Shown here piece after piece: positions 1 to 13,460 of a stretch of DNA of 64,000 bases (the first letter of the stretch is position 1; the number at the start of each line of letters is the position of its first letter). Made by a program: the position numbers and the translations under genes. The notes beneath the pieces were generated by a model that was given only the letters and a program-made list of their open reading frames with translations, made no database searches and was not told where the DNA came from. This stretch comes from Zygnema circumcarinatum SAG 698-1b (lineage: Eukaryota > Plantae > Zygnematophyceae): contig CM074811.1 in NCBI GenBank assembly GCA_037447605.1, positions 1,240,001-1,304,000 of the forward strand, read 5' to 3'.

Positions 1-725
1 ACGTTTTGCTTACGTCAGAGGACAACAGGCGCAGTTTGCAGTTTGAAGCTTGTGACCATATTCGCACCCAAAAACAGGGTACGACTTTTATTATGCATTT
101 TTTTTGCACTATAGTCTTCCACTGGCTGAAGGAGCAGAGGGTCTGTTCACATCTTAGCCTTTCAACACCATTTCAAAATGGAGGAGAGAGCAGTTTCACT
201 TAGCAGCCTTCTGTCTGTGCCAAATGAACCAAAGGCCTATATACATTCAAGCATTTGACAAAGGACTCAGTCATCACATACGAGAGCAAATAGTAAGTAC
301 CCTCCAAAAGCTTAACATCACAAAAAAGAGAATATTGAAGGTCACGAGCTGAATACATGTCCTGCAATGTTACGAGGTTGGAGCAAGGCCCCCTCTCAAG
401 ACTCAGGGCAGAAATGTCAGAGAGAAGGGGGGGTCACTCGAGCTACCAACAAAGGGGCATCCCCCTCTCCTGTCTTTCTTTTTGGCTGGAGCCAGTCCGA
501 AAGTGGGGTCACAAATCACCGACTCCAAGAAGCCTTAAGAGTTTCTGCCCCTCAAAAGAAGTAGTTCCCCCCCCTGCTGCTATTGAAATGTCATCACCTT
601 TTTCATGCGGACTATAAACACTCGCAAGACTACTTCAATTACACCTCTCTGAGTGGAAGGGGGCAGACCTCCTTGAATGAGGAGTCACAAAGACTCCTCC
701 TATACCCGCCTATTCTCAATACTCT

Positions 726-1839
726 TTATGCGTCCTTGAGCTTCTTGATCTCCGCCTCCATGCGGAGAACACTCATATGAACTTTGAGGAAGCGGAAGAG
801 AACCCTGAAGCAGCAAAAAGAAAATTTGTCAGTTACACCTGAACATGATGTCGTGCTCCCTTCCTAGTTGTCCAAAATAAAGGGCTCAGCTTTTGGGGAA
901 AAAACCAAGATGTTATCAAGCGAAGGAAGGAATACAGACGAGTGCTCGTAAGCTTTGTGAAGTAAAATGCATGGCAGCGATAATGTGTGCGAGACCTCAC
1001 CAGTACAGAAATAGAGCCGCTAAAGCGAGCAAAAAGTTTCTCTGGTTTTTGACAGCCTGCAGCCCCAAAAGGAAGCACCGCAACATTCGCTGATGGCCAA
1101 TGGTTAGAAGGTGAATACTTGCAGAGTTGACATAAGCATGGTGGCTTCTGGGGTGGCACTTTAATGGAAAATATTAATGTGAGTAGATGCTGCCTGTAAC
1201 CATCTCATTTGCTGACATTCCCGGCTGCTCCATTCAGTGGTTTTCACGTGGCATTACTCACCGACTTTTCATGGCGGTCTCGATCGGCAGACGTGCAGAG
1301 ACCACCTTGCCCTCCACAGACCGGCCGGTGCTCATACTTCCAATATACATCTGCAAATACCGCGATTGTAGTGGATTACGCAGAGAGGAGATATGCTGCA
1401 TAATATTACTAAGTTGCAGAATAGGAACATGAGTAACGAAAGACCAACATTCAGAACTGACCTTTCTACAGCTCTGCTCAACTTCTTCCAAGGACTTATC
1501 GAGACGTGTACTGCACTAATGATGCGGCAACCAAGAAAAAGAATTGGCCCCATAAACGTGTCGTTAGCCAGCCTCATTCGTGATTCAAGCCGAATAGCTA
1601 TTCCTCGGTACAAAGGAGCAAACAGCTAAACTAATACAAAGCCATAAATAACGGGAAAGTGACATACCAAGGAGTTGAAAGATAGCGAAGGGCACGATGG
1701 CTGCTAGTGGATGCATGAGTTTGGATAAAAGCGGAATTGTTTTCGCACGAATTGCATGGTAGCTAGGGATGGAAAGAACTAGAAGCAAAACAGCCTCAGC
1801 TGCTGCTAAAGCTCCACAGACCACCCATTGTAGAGACAT
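726..1839 (-). CDS. B-cell receptor-associated protein 31-like ER membrane protein (4 exons: 1839-1668, 1350-1262, 1056-1001, 804-726)
   Basis: GT-AG exons join in frame: MSLQWVVCGALAAAEAVLLLVLSIP..FQLL/DVYWKYEHRPVC..DRDRHEKS/AVKNQRNFLLALAALFLYW/VLFRFLKVH..KKLKDA*. This matches the plant BAP31-like pattern (MALQW..AEA..FQLLDIYWK..QRN). Confidence 0.85.
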
Positions 1840-3583
1840 TGTCCTCCTTTAGCTTTAGTCGAGATTCCGGTAAACGAGAACTCTAATAAGCAGGGTATAT
1901 TCAACACGAACTGTCGGAGGAGAAAAACCAATGGCCAAAAAGGGAAAAGATTCTAGAGATAATATGAAACAGACTTTGCAGATTTTGCCAGTTTTCCTCG
2001 GAATAAAAACTTGCTCAGGTCATGCACATGTATTTGAGTAACTGCAGATGCAGATCGAGTTAAGAAACAGCAAAAGTCAGTCCATTGCCCAAATGGCAGC
2101 ATCTCCGTTCAAGAAAATTCCGAAAGTACATTGCGCAAGAAACGTCAGAATTTGACAATGTGCGCTAACGTGAATGTAACAAAGCGATGGACCAGCTTGG
2201 ATTTTCTGAGATTGATGGACAAAATGCGCCAAAAAACAAGAACAAAGACGTTTTTTGCAACAAAGTATAGCCACCAGATTGGATGTCACTAAGCTCCACC
2301 TATCCTTCCCATCTTGACCCAAACAGCCTTTCGGCATCAAAACCAAAAAAAAAAAAAAAAAACAAATCATTTACTCTATCACAGTGAACAGGAAAATGTA
2401 GATATCCTGTGCATTCTCCACCTTCTTAAAAAAAGATTCACGAGCAAACGGCCAAACCAACAAGGCATCGGAGAACCGAGAAAGCATATGCTCTATGGTG
2501 AGCCTCGCTTCTACTGTACCTTTGTGCAACAGAAGAAACTGTCAATACTGAACGAGCCTTGATAGCGAAAGAGGGACAGTCTGTGAGAAAGAGAAAATAT
2601 ATTCCCAGAATGATGCAGGCTTGGAGTGCGGTTGCAGGGATGACCAAGATGGGCGTGACAGATGTCACGCACGACCTTGGCCTTCCCGGAAGAGGCGTGA
2701 AGACTGGAGATGCTTCTCGCGGGAAACGAACCCTAAACGGTTCCATGCTCCCGTTAACGGTTTAACTGTGGGCAATGGAGAGGCCTTTGCATGCGTCTGC
2801 ACTGTATTGTGAACTGTGAGCTAACGCAGCGTGAAACTAGGCTCATGGAACGGCAGATAAGTGCCCCTGACTTCCATACATTTCTGTAGTGTACTATGGT
2901 ATCTGAATGGAGCTTCATATAAAAGGAAATGAAAGGAAGGAAGAGAGAGGGATTGGGAGAGAGAGAGGAAGAAAGAAAGAAAGGAATGAATACAGTAGAG
3001 AAGTACAGAAGTAAATTGAGAGGGATTCAGAAGAGTGCTTTGACAGAGTGAGTCGCTTTACATGTCCACAAGGGATCGAGGATAATCGATGTATAATTTA
3101 CACGAGCCCTGATTCAGCAACCCCGTTTTGGAGTGTTCAATAGAGGAATTTCATAATTAATCCCATCTTCTTTTGGCATCTTCCAACATTTGCCTAACAA
3201 AACTTACCTGCAATGACCGAGAGCTTATTTGGGGAGTCAAATTTCATGATTCTTCCATTTTGGTTATGTGCAATCTCTCGAGTTTACCCTCTTTTTGCCG
3301 ACACGTACCCATCTACTTTAGGTAGTGCTCCTCATGTCCTTAAACAGCACGATGAAAAAAAGAGATAAACGGAGGGGGGGTGGTGTTGGGAGAGAGCGAG
3401 AGAGAGAGGGAGAAAAAACAGGGCCCTTCCATGCGGGCTCAATAAGAGGAACAAGTACATTCTGCCTTCCCCCCACCAACCAACTCATGTTGGGAGACAG
3501 GGTTCAGTCAGGGTTCATGTTGGTCCAACATGAACCCTTCCTTTACAACTTCCAGTCCGACTGCCAATCACTCCTTTCCTACC

Positions 3584-6500
3584 TCATTTCTGCAACCATT
3601 CTCTGACCAGCACTGGGTCCTCCGGCAGCCTATGATGTTGAGGCAGCCCATTCCCACTATCCACCCCCCTCTCCTGCTGGGGCACCACTCCCCACACGCC
3701 ATCCATAGCCATGGCTCCAAACTCCGGACTGGCCTGCCCTCCTTCTCTCCCTTGGCCCTCCGCATCCTCTCCCGCCTCACCCCCCCCTCGCTCGCCTCTC
3801 TCTCCCACAGCCTCACTCCCACTGCCTCCCCCACTCTGCTCATCATTCATCGCTAAAGCTTCTCGCCGGCTCTTCCTCCCTGAAGGAGCAGAAATGTCGC
3901 TTTGCACCCAGCCTTTGGCTGCAATGAAGCTGAGCACTGCCTGCGTCTTAAGAGGGTCCACTTTGAACATTCGACGAGCCTCTTCTCTTGTAACGAGGCC
4001 CTTCTGTGCGCCAAGTGTCAAGAGGGCTTCCTTCATCTTCAGGTAATGGACCGGGAGAAGGCGATGGAGAGAGCAGATTTCACGTTCCTGATGGCAAAGC
4101 AAACGAAACAGAATATGAGAAACAAGAGTTTGCCAAGATCTACGACAACTCGCCCTTCATGGAAATAGAGTGTATGTAAAGAACCCATCAAAACAGAGAA
4201 TGTTGAGTTAGCGACCACAGTGCAGATTCACAATGCACTAGCAGGGTAGAAGTAAGGGCCATGCACGGCTATGTACGGATTCTGTGACATACGTGATCAA
4301 GCTGTTTATGGTTATGCGAGAAACAAATTTGTTGAGTCTGCATCTTTACAAGCTTCCTAAATCCGTCTAGAGCAAAATCCTCTCCGCCATTAACCCTAGG
4401 GGTTGCAGTTCAATCTTGGTATTCCCTTCAACAAACTTTGTCTATCGTACTTATTGACATCCCACCAATTGCGACCCCAAGAAGTGAAAACTCCCCCAGA
4501 AGCATCACCTGCAGGGACAAAAGCTCCGTTCCAAGATGCCCCTTGAGATCAAGAGGTGTGCTCGCCTTCCTGCCTCCCGACCTCCCTCCTCCACCTGCAA
4601 AGCTTGCCACCCTCTTTAGGTCACAAAACACAAAACAGAACACATGACAATCCCAGAACAGCAGTAGCCACCTTCAGATTTCAGCATAGAGCCGCTTGCT
4701 AAAGTGTTAACTCAGTGCAGAATCACGGACAACCCACTTCCTCTCTCTCTCATTTCCCATCTCGCTCTCCCTCCCTCCCCCCCTCCCCCTCTCTCCCTCT
4801 CTTCCGCTCTTCCCACCCTCGTCTACCCTCTTCTCGCGGATCTTTGAAATGACTAAAGGAAGTTCCCCCTCTTTACCATCAGATCGTTCGCGGCTGCTCT
4901 GCCTTGCTCGGGGATTATTTTTTCCATGAGGATGAGAAGGGTTTTCTCGAGCCTTCCGCAGGCTTTGCTCGGTCTCACGTTTCCGCTTTTCAAGCTCATA
5001 TTGCTCTGCTTCTGCGAGGGTTCGGCAGCCGGCAGAACGGTATTCCTGTTCAACAGGAGAGCAAGCAAGAATAGACTTTCCGTTTGATGAGCTGAAGTGT
5101 TTTGTTTGATGGGTTGATGTATTTGTTATATCGTTTTGGAGTGTTCAAGTATCATGTGTAAATTTAAACATTACGAATGTTGATTGAAACAAGTTTCTGC
5201 CTGAATGCAATGGAAAGAGCACCTGCAGCTCTTCTATACGCTGTCGAATTTTACGTTCCACATTTAGACCATTGAGCCACGCTTCATGCTCCTCTGGAGA
5301 GAGATATCGCGCAAAAACACGGCCCCTTTGATAGAGCTCCTTCTCTTCCTTGGACCTCCGCCTATCCAAAGCTTGTTGCTTCCTCAAATTGAGAAGCCCC
5401 CTCTCCAAAATAAACTCTTTTCTGCGTTTCCTTTCGTCCAGCCTGCAAACAAACACCATCAAAAGGGGGCTCCAAAGTCATAACGTAGAACCGATGTGAC
5501 ATCTCCTCTCCAAAACCTGCATCTTCAAGACATTGTACACACTGCTTTTTCAGAGACTGTGAGAGGCAGCTGCCCACCTGGACGAGTAAATCTCCAACAT
5601 TCGGATTTTGAGCTCTCTATCTGTTGCGGAATCTGTGTCCTTGAACTCCATCTCTGCCAGGGGAACTTCTGCATCGTTATCGTATTCAGGATCAAACTCA
5701 TTCCGTTTCGGATTGTACCCTGTCTGTTCAATAGCGGCTGCTCCCAGCTTGTCCTGCTCCGCCCCCCCCATTGGCCCCCCCTTCGGCATAGAGGCTCCGA
5801 GGGTTCGCTTGCTTTGCTGCTGGTCACCACCTGAAGCAAAAGGGAAACCATCAATATCATCAATACCATCAATACCATCAATACCACTATCAATACCACC
5901 ATCAATACCATCAATACCACCATCAATACCATCAATACCACCATCAATACCATCAATACCATCAATACCATCAATACCATCAATAGAGCAACTCAATGGC
6001 TTCACAAAGACTCCCCTCCCTACCTCTTACACACAACACTACATTCACACTGCAAGTTTCCTTTTCTCTTCGGCTGCATATATCTCATCCCCAAGTGGTG
6101 TTGATTGAAGAGAGAGAAGGAGAGGCACATTACCTTCACTGCTGGTTGCTGCAGCAGCGTCCTCCTCCCCTCCACCTCCTCCCCCAGCCGCCATTCCGGC
6201 TGCTGCTGACTTCTTCGCTCCTCCCTCCCCTCCTCCCGCACTACCACCACCACCAAACTCTCCTTCTCCAGCGGACAGAATCGGCGGAAAGCTTTTAGAC
6301 CCTGTCACTGCCGCCCATTTGGGAGCACATTTCCTCCTTCAGATATTTGAAGAGGTCCTGAAAGCTTAAGGAAAACAAAAGGGCAAAGGGCAAGGAATTC
6401 TGAAGAAGTGTGGAGCCAAAACAGGAGATGAATGAGCAGGAAGGGAAGGCACACCATTGAACTCCGGAGTTTTGGGCTTTTCCTCCTTCACCTCCTCCAT

Positions 6501-9500
6501 TCTGCATTAAGGGGACAGAAGCCCCAAACATTGTTACTTGTAAAGAAAGGTATCTAGACAATGCCTCCTATGGAGTAACGCACAACACACCAATGTAAAG
6601 GATCTCCAAAACCATTTTTGTGCACACAGAGATCTGCCAAAGTTCATTGGTGAAGTATGCTATAGCACAAAAAGGGTCCTTTTGTTTTAAGCATGCCTAG
6701 TTTTGCTATCCACTTCACTTGCTGAAGAAGGAGCTCACTTGAGAGAGGCGAAGCCAGTTTCCTGTTTCACGAAAGAAGGGGCTGCTCCCTCCCTCGGAGG
6801 TGTTGGCCCTGCTCCATTCCCAAACAACAGACATTTCATCACTGCTCATCAGTGCAACAACATTAAAACACACATAATGGATTAGCCGAATAGCAAAAAT
6901 GGCCCTGAAGAACTACATGCAGCACACACTGCTAGTAAATATCTATCTCGCTAGATAAAAACAAGATGATGGGTCATAAATAACTAGCCATCCTACGCAC
7001 CCTCCATCTTCCCCCCCCCGCCCCTCACCCTCCTTTTTCTCCCCTTTTCCCTATCGTTTCTCCTGTTTCTCACATTCGATCTCAATCCCAAAAAAGAAAA
7101 GAAAAGGAAAAGGAAAAGAAAAGAAAAGAAAAGAAAAGAAAAGAAAAGAAAAGAAAAGAAAAGAAAGAAAGTAAGTCGCCTACCTCGGCTTAATGGCTCT
7201 TGCTTGCTTATTGCGGAAAGCTCTGCTTTCGTTTTCCCAGCGACATGGGTCATATCCTACCATCTCAATCATCCAAAAACTCTGAGACCAGTGTCCAAAC
7301 CATCATGCTGTCTTGCAAAACAAAACATTTGATAAAGTCATCAAGTAGCTCCATGCAGATACGCCCTTTATCTAGCAGGCATGTTATCATCTTCATGTAC
7401 AGGAATTGGACCAGTAAGTGCGCCCCTAACTACAGGTAGAGAATTGAAGTACGGTGCCGAGTCATACCGGAAGAGGAGAGTAGGGCGAGTACATATAGGA
7501 GGCCATGTAATGCATGTAGCATTGTTCGGAAGACTTGCTTCCAATATGCTCTGCAACCTCATTCCAGTTGCCCAATCCGTACATTTCCACACCCTGCCAT
7601 ACACAACGGCGAGAGAGACAGGAGAGAAGAAAACAAAGCATGAGAGGACGAATTTAAAGCATCTGGAAAATAAAGCAGCATAGTGGGAGAGGAACGTTAC
7701 TTGAGAGGAAGGAGGGAGGGGAAGGTTTCAAAAGTAGTGAAGAGGGAGGCGGCAGACGAGAGGAAAGGCAGAAAGAGGGTGGAGAATGTTGGGGAGAGGG
7801 AAGAACAGGATACAAACATTAAGAGAATTTGAGGGCTGGTTATAAAAGTACAACGATGTTCAAGAAGGGGACAGGGGGGACAATTTGCTGAGAAATACAG
7901 CGGGGAATATGAACATTCCACTCTTTACTGTAGAGAGAAAGAGCCCTCCGAGTACTCACTTCCAATAACAGAATCTCCTCGTCTGCGTTCCAATCGGGAT
8001 AAAAAAAAGGAAAGGAAAGGTTGTCCTGCACATCATAGACCCAACGGCCTTCGTGAAAACTTCGACATGCTCTCGTTATTGCAGCCAACACAGTACATTC
8101 AAAGAAAATCAGTAATACCATTACTTCCTTTCCATTGAATCTCCCAAAGGTTAGGGATCAACGCATTTTTTCCGCACCATGACATGGTAGGGATGGGTCG
8201 ATTTATGGGGTTTGAGCTCCGCTCCCACAGAGAAGCATTCCACACAGAGGTCGAAGTCGGCGCAGCGAGCACACTTAATGCGAACGGTGCTGGAAATATC
8301 CTTTTGGCAATAGTTGCAGTGGTACAAGCCTCTCTTTCCATCGCTTCCAGCTGCTTCAGTATGGCTCGACAATGACCCCAACAGTGAAACTGGTTCAGAA
8401 CTCTCTCAAAATCAAAATCTATCTGATGGTAAATCAAAATCTATCTGTTGGAAAATCAAAATCTGTCTGTTGGTAAATCGCATGAAAGGTTCCGACCACA
8501 CCAAGATAGGCGCACTCTCATCGTTGCAACTGTTAGGGAGAAACAATAGCTTTCTTCAACCCTTTGCTTGAGCAAGTCAGGCTTGACGTAACACAAAAAC
8601 CAAGTACTGTGTTCAAAGTTTGACTTGTTGGATTATACGAAAGTGGCTTCATCATGTCAGTTTCCTAATCTGTGAAACCTTTTTTTACTTAGGATACCGC
8701 AGATCAACTTTGAATACTTGCTTCCATTGATGTGGTGACAATTGAGAACAGGAGGCGTAGTGCAAGCGGGCCAATCGTGCGAAAAACTTGAGAACTAATC
8801 GATGTGATCGCCTTCAAAAGTAATTGCATAACATGCAACTACGATTATCTCATGTAATAATATGCTTGCGTTAGACGTGTGCGTGTATTAAGCATGTAAC
8901 CTCGGACGACCTCCCCAAGATGCAGCCCTGCCTGAAAACAGTGAATCGTGAGATACAAATATCACCCAAGACCCCGATTCCTGCACTGCATTGCGTTGCA
9001 TTGCATTGCATTGCATGGCGTAACGTACCGAGCAGAGCGAGCTCCCAGGGTTCAGGGGGGGCCGCCGCCACACGACGCCGCTTCGACCTGCGATGGCAAC
9101 ACGCGAACATTGTTCAACAAAGACCGAATGCATGCAATGCCATGCACGAACCACGAGCCAACAGGTACAGGACGAGCAGGTTTGGAGCTTGCGTGAAAAT
9201 ATGTCTGGTGTTCATGTAAGAGGAGGAAAGGGAAAGAGGGAGGGAGGGAGGGAGGGAGGGGAAGGTTTCAAAAGTAGTGAAGAGGGAGGCGGCAGACGAG
9301 AGGAAAGGCAGAAAGAGGGTGGAGAATGTTGGGGAGAGGGAAGAACAGGATACAAACATTAAGAGAATTTGAGGGCTGGTTATAAAAGTACAACGATGTT
9401 CAAGAAGGGGACAGGGGGGACAATTTGCTGAGAAATACAGCGGGGAATATGAACATTCCACTCTTTACTGTAGAGAGAAAGAGCCCTCCGAGTACTCACT

Positions 9501-11907
9501 TCCAATAACAGAATCTCCTCGTCTGCGTTCCAATCGGGATAAAAAAAAGGAAAGGAAAGGTTGTCCTGCACATCATAGACCCAACGGCCTTCGTGAAAAC
9601 TTCGACATGCTCTCGTTATTGCAGCCAACACAGTACATTCAAAGAAAATCAGTAATACCATTACTTCCTTTCCATTGAATCTCCCAAAGGTTAGGGATCA
9701 ACGCATTTTTTCCGCACCATGACATGGTAGGGATGGGTCGATTTATGGGGTTTGAGCTCCGCTCCCACAGAGAAGCATTCCACACAGAGGTCGAAGTCGG
9801 CGCAGCGAGCACACTTAATGCGAACGGTGCTGGAAATATCCTTTTGGCAATAGTTGCAGTGGTACAAGCCTCTCTTTCCATCGCTTCCAGCTGCTTCAGT
9901 ATGGCTCGACAATGACCCCAACAGTGAAACTGGTTCAGAACTCTCTCAAAATCAAAATCTATCTGATGGTAAATCAAAATCTATCTGTTGGAAAATCAAA
10001 ATCTGTCTGTTGGTAAATCGCATGAAAGGTTCCGACCACACCAAGATAGGCGCACTCTCATCGTTGCAACTGTTAGGGAGAAACAATAGCTTTCTTCAAC
10101 CCTTTGCTTGAGCAAGTCAGGCTTGACGTAACACAAAAACCAAGTACTGTGTTCAAAGTTTGACTTGTTGGATTATACGAAAGTGGCTTCATCATGTCAG
10201 TTTCCTAATCTGTGAAACCTTTTTTTACTTAGGATACCGCAGATCAACTTTGAATACTTGCTTCCATTGATGTGGTGACAATTGAGAACAGGAGGCGTAG
10301 TGCAAGCGGGCCAATCGTGCGAAAAACTTGAGAACTAATCGATGTGATCGCCTTCAAAAGTAATTGCATAACATGCAACTACGATTATCTCATGTAATAA
10401 TATGCTTGCGTTAGACGTGTGCGTGTATTAAGCATGTAACCTCGGACGACCTCCCCAAGATGCAGCCCTGCCTGAAAACAGTGAATCGTGAGATACAAAT
10501 ATCACCCAAGACCCCGATTCCTGCACTGCATTGCGTTGCATTGCATTGCATTGCATGGCGTAACGTACCGAGCAGAGCGAGCTCCCAGGGTTCAGGGGGG
10601 GCCGCCGCCACACGACGCCGCTTCGACCTGCGATGGCAACACGCGAACATTGTTCAACAAAGACCGAATGCATGCAATGCCATGCACGAACCACGAGCCA
10701 ACAGGTACAGGACGAGCAGGTTTGGAGCTTGCGTGAAAATATGTCTGGTGTTCATGTAAGAGGAGGAAAGGGAAAGAGGGAGGGAGGGAGGGAGGGAGGG
10801 GAAGAGGATTTGGGGAGAGAAAGTGGGAGCCACAACTGCCCATCAAGTAACAGTGGCCAGGTTAAAGAACCCCTTAAAATTCCGACAACAAAAAATACAG
10901 AAACTGTATGAGGAAGAAATAGAAGGAGACTGATCTTTGCCACGAATGAAATGATCAAGACAAGGACCCAACTAACACATCATAGTCATCTGGATTTTGG
11001 CAGATGAAGTTTGAATTTGTTAGATATTATTTGAGTTGTTGGAGTTTCAGCAGGTTTCATGCTTTACACGTTTAAAAAATTAGAGTTGCATGGCAAAACA
11101 GTTGAGCAGTTAAATTCGAAGTTCCTTTGGGTTTGGGCAATTAATATTGTGGTTGGCATTCTAGCATTCAGATCGTAAATTCTTTGGCTTGCGTAGTTAG
11201 GGGTCCGACTTTCCGGGGTTTACGTTTGGGCAACTCCAAGAGCAAGGTTTGAAGAGTAAAAAAGTCTGGATCTTTCCAGAGGGTGCTGTTTGATAAGTTA
11301 AAATTTACAAATTGGGATTCGACCGACAAAGAGTTCAAGGCCACAGGCTTAAAAAATTAGGGTTTCAAGGTTCGGGCTCGAGAGTTGGGGTTCCAGAAGT
11401 CTGGAATACAGCAGCTAAGAAGAAGTTCCAGAAGTTGGAGCTCTGAGAGTTTCTACAAGTTGGCCTTAACGGCTATGTCTTTCACACGTTAAAACATGAG
11501 GACTCGAGTGTCCAGACGTTCAACGTTCAAACGGTCCAAGAGTTTCAGTTATTAGCGTTCGCGAAAAACGTAGATTCAAAGTTTCCTCCCGAACAAGGCC
11601 CCAAAATGCCGGGTCCAAAAACTACGATTCTCAAAAATTAGGGTTTGCACGGAAATTAGGGTATGTTCAGACCCTCCGATCCGAGCTTCCAAAAATAATG
11701 CAGCAGCTGCGAATACGGCTATCAGCAGTGCAGATTATGGAGTGAAACACATCCAACCGTACAACCATGTCCCCCATATGCCATCCGCGCAGGCAGCCAT
11801 GGCCATTGCCCGAGCGGGGCAGCAGCGCACCTTGAAGCAGCCTGCGCCGACTCCTCCTCCTCCGCCGCGGCAGCAGCAGCAGCGGCGGGAGCGCGGGACC
11901 GCCCCAT
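3584..11907 (-). CDS. ADA2: Transcriptional adaptor ADA2 (SAGA subunit; ZZ zinc finger, SANT, ADA boxes, SWIRM); exons 2-4 present twice
   Basis: Start MGRSR at 11907. ZZ finger YHCNYCQKDISSTVRIKCARCADFDLCVECFSVG (9890-9718, duplicate 8350-8178). DWNADEEILLLE exon, then SANT GVEMYGLGNWNEVAEHIGSK (7593-7468), GYNPKRNEFDPEYDNDAE (5830-5578), LDERKRRKEFILER (5442-5223) and SWIRM EREICSLHRLLPVHYLKMKE (from 4087) to the stop at 3584. Confidence 0.95.
5848..5985. repeat. 9-bp tandem repeat (ATCAATACC)n with 12-bp variants, in an ADA2 intron
   Basis: Visible directly; it produces the spurious DGI/MVL/SIP repeat ORFs. Confidence 0.9.
7093..7165. repeat. (GAAAA)n pentanucleotide microsatellite in an ADA2 intron
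   Basis: Direct observation. Confidence 0.9.
7711..10804. repeat. 1540-bp direct tandem duplication (7711-9264 = 9251-10804) inside ADA2
   Basis: Identical ORF translations at +1540 offset. The same 14-bp GGAGGGAGGGGAAG occurs at all three junctions. Confidence 0.95.
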
Positions 11908-12627
11908 GGCGGGGAGCTTCCTCCGCACGTGCGAAGCTTCACCGAGAGCCTGCCACGTGTCGCGCTCCTACTCGCCCCCGCTGAAGGAGGAGCAACAACC
12001 GGCCGCCACGTGGCACCTGCTCACTGCTGCTGTACCGTGAAACCGTAGTCAAATTTTGGCTTCTCAAAAAAAATAAAAAATGAAAAACAGTTTCTCAAGA
12101 AAACGACCATTTATTTGTCATTTTTGAGAAATGATTTTTGTTTTTTTCTCAATACAATTTTTACGGAGAACCAATTGAACGTTGAACAATTAATTATTGT
12201 TCGTGTTCAATTTGTGGTTTCCTTTTGTCCATGGATCAACAATGAGATTTTGGCGGATCGTAAAAACGCGTGGACCCGGTTTTTCGTACAGAAATTGTTG
12301 ATCTGCTCGCGGGGGACTGTCGTACGGGAAAACGGGGTCCGGGTTAACCGGATCCCTCAAATCGCGTGGAATCAACGTGGCAAAAAGTGGAATCCACACG
12401 TGCGACCGAACGTGTTGAGTCTTTGAACATTTTCTTTAAGACTTTCCTTTCTTAAATCAAAAAAGTTGTCGAGTGTTCAAAGGTCAACCCTAGACAATTT
12501 TGAGAATTGAGAAATTAAGTAAACTCGTTCCTCATTTTCTCAACCTGTTCGGTTTCACGGTAGGGAGGGCATATGAGCTGTGGAACCACATCATCCTAAA
12601 AAGGAGACGGAGGCAACTTCTGCATAA

Positions 12628-12865
12628 GGGGGGAGGGGGAGGGGGGGTCCCTTCAAATAGAGGGGGGTGGGGGGTTCTTTCNNNNNNNNNNTCAAATCGA
12701 GGGGGGTGGGGGGTTCCTTCAAATTGAAGGGGGGGGGGGGAAGGGGGGTCCTTCAAATAGCGGGGGGTGGAGAGGGTACTTCAAATTGAAGGGGGAGGGG
12801 GGGGGGGGTGGGGTCCTTTAATTAGAGGGGGGTGAGGAGGGTTCTTCAAATTGAGGGGGGGAGGG
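12628..12865. repeat. G-tract minisatellite (core TCCTTCAAAT(A/T)GA, about 7 copies, separated by G runs); contains N gap 12682-12691
   Basis: Direct observation. Confidence 0.8.
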
Positions 12866-13460
12866 CTCATTCTAAGAGACGCATCTGTGCATTTTGTGAT
12901 ATCCGAAAGGTATTATTCATCCCTGGCGCCTTATTCTCTACACTGACTCCAAAATTTAACAAGCATTTTCTACCTCTGATTCAAAACTTCCCCCCTTGCA
13001 CAAAGAAAGATTCAGGCTCGGCTGACTACTTACAGTGCCGAAACTGCCACTCACTGAGCCAGCTGCTAAGTAAGCTTGCTGACCCTCTAATTTCTTCAAC
13101 AAGCTCCGATTGGACGTACCCACATCCTATACCCCGCTCCTGCTCCCAACACTTTTCTACAGTCTACCATCAAACATCATCGAACCTCCGTTACCTCCCC
13201 TGAGGCAAACGCTTTCTGCAAGTTTTGCAGAATTTGAAGCAGGTAGAGGATTTCTGCCCTGCTTGACAAGGATTTCAAGAATTATTGCAGCAACCTATGA
13301 CAGATATCAGCATCATCAGCAGCTTGTTGCCGCCATATCGGACCCCACAGGTCCTTGCATCCTGCAAGGACCCAGGAATTTTTTAAACCCTAAAACTCTC
13401 TGTCTACAGGCAGGTCGTCAAGATGGCTCCCTCTTTGAAGGCAGACACCAGCAGCTGCTG

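Noticed and set aside
2400-3560. Short ORFs between BAP31-like and ADA2
   Set aside because: No recognisable domains; best explained as UTR and promoter sequence.
5525-6108. ORFs with MVL/DGI/SIP repeats, resembling repeat proteins
   Set aside because: They are translations of an intronic 9-bp repeat; a clean acceptor at 5831-5832 excludes it from ADA2.
12171-12210. 40-bp imperfect palindrome upstream of ADA2
   Set aside because: No matching TIRs or TSD were found around it, so it cannot be called a MITE.
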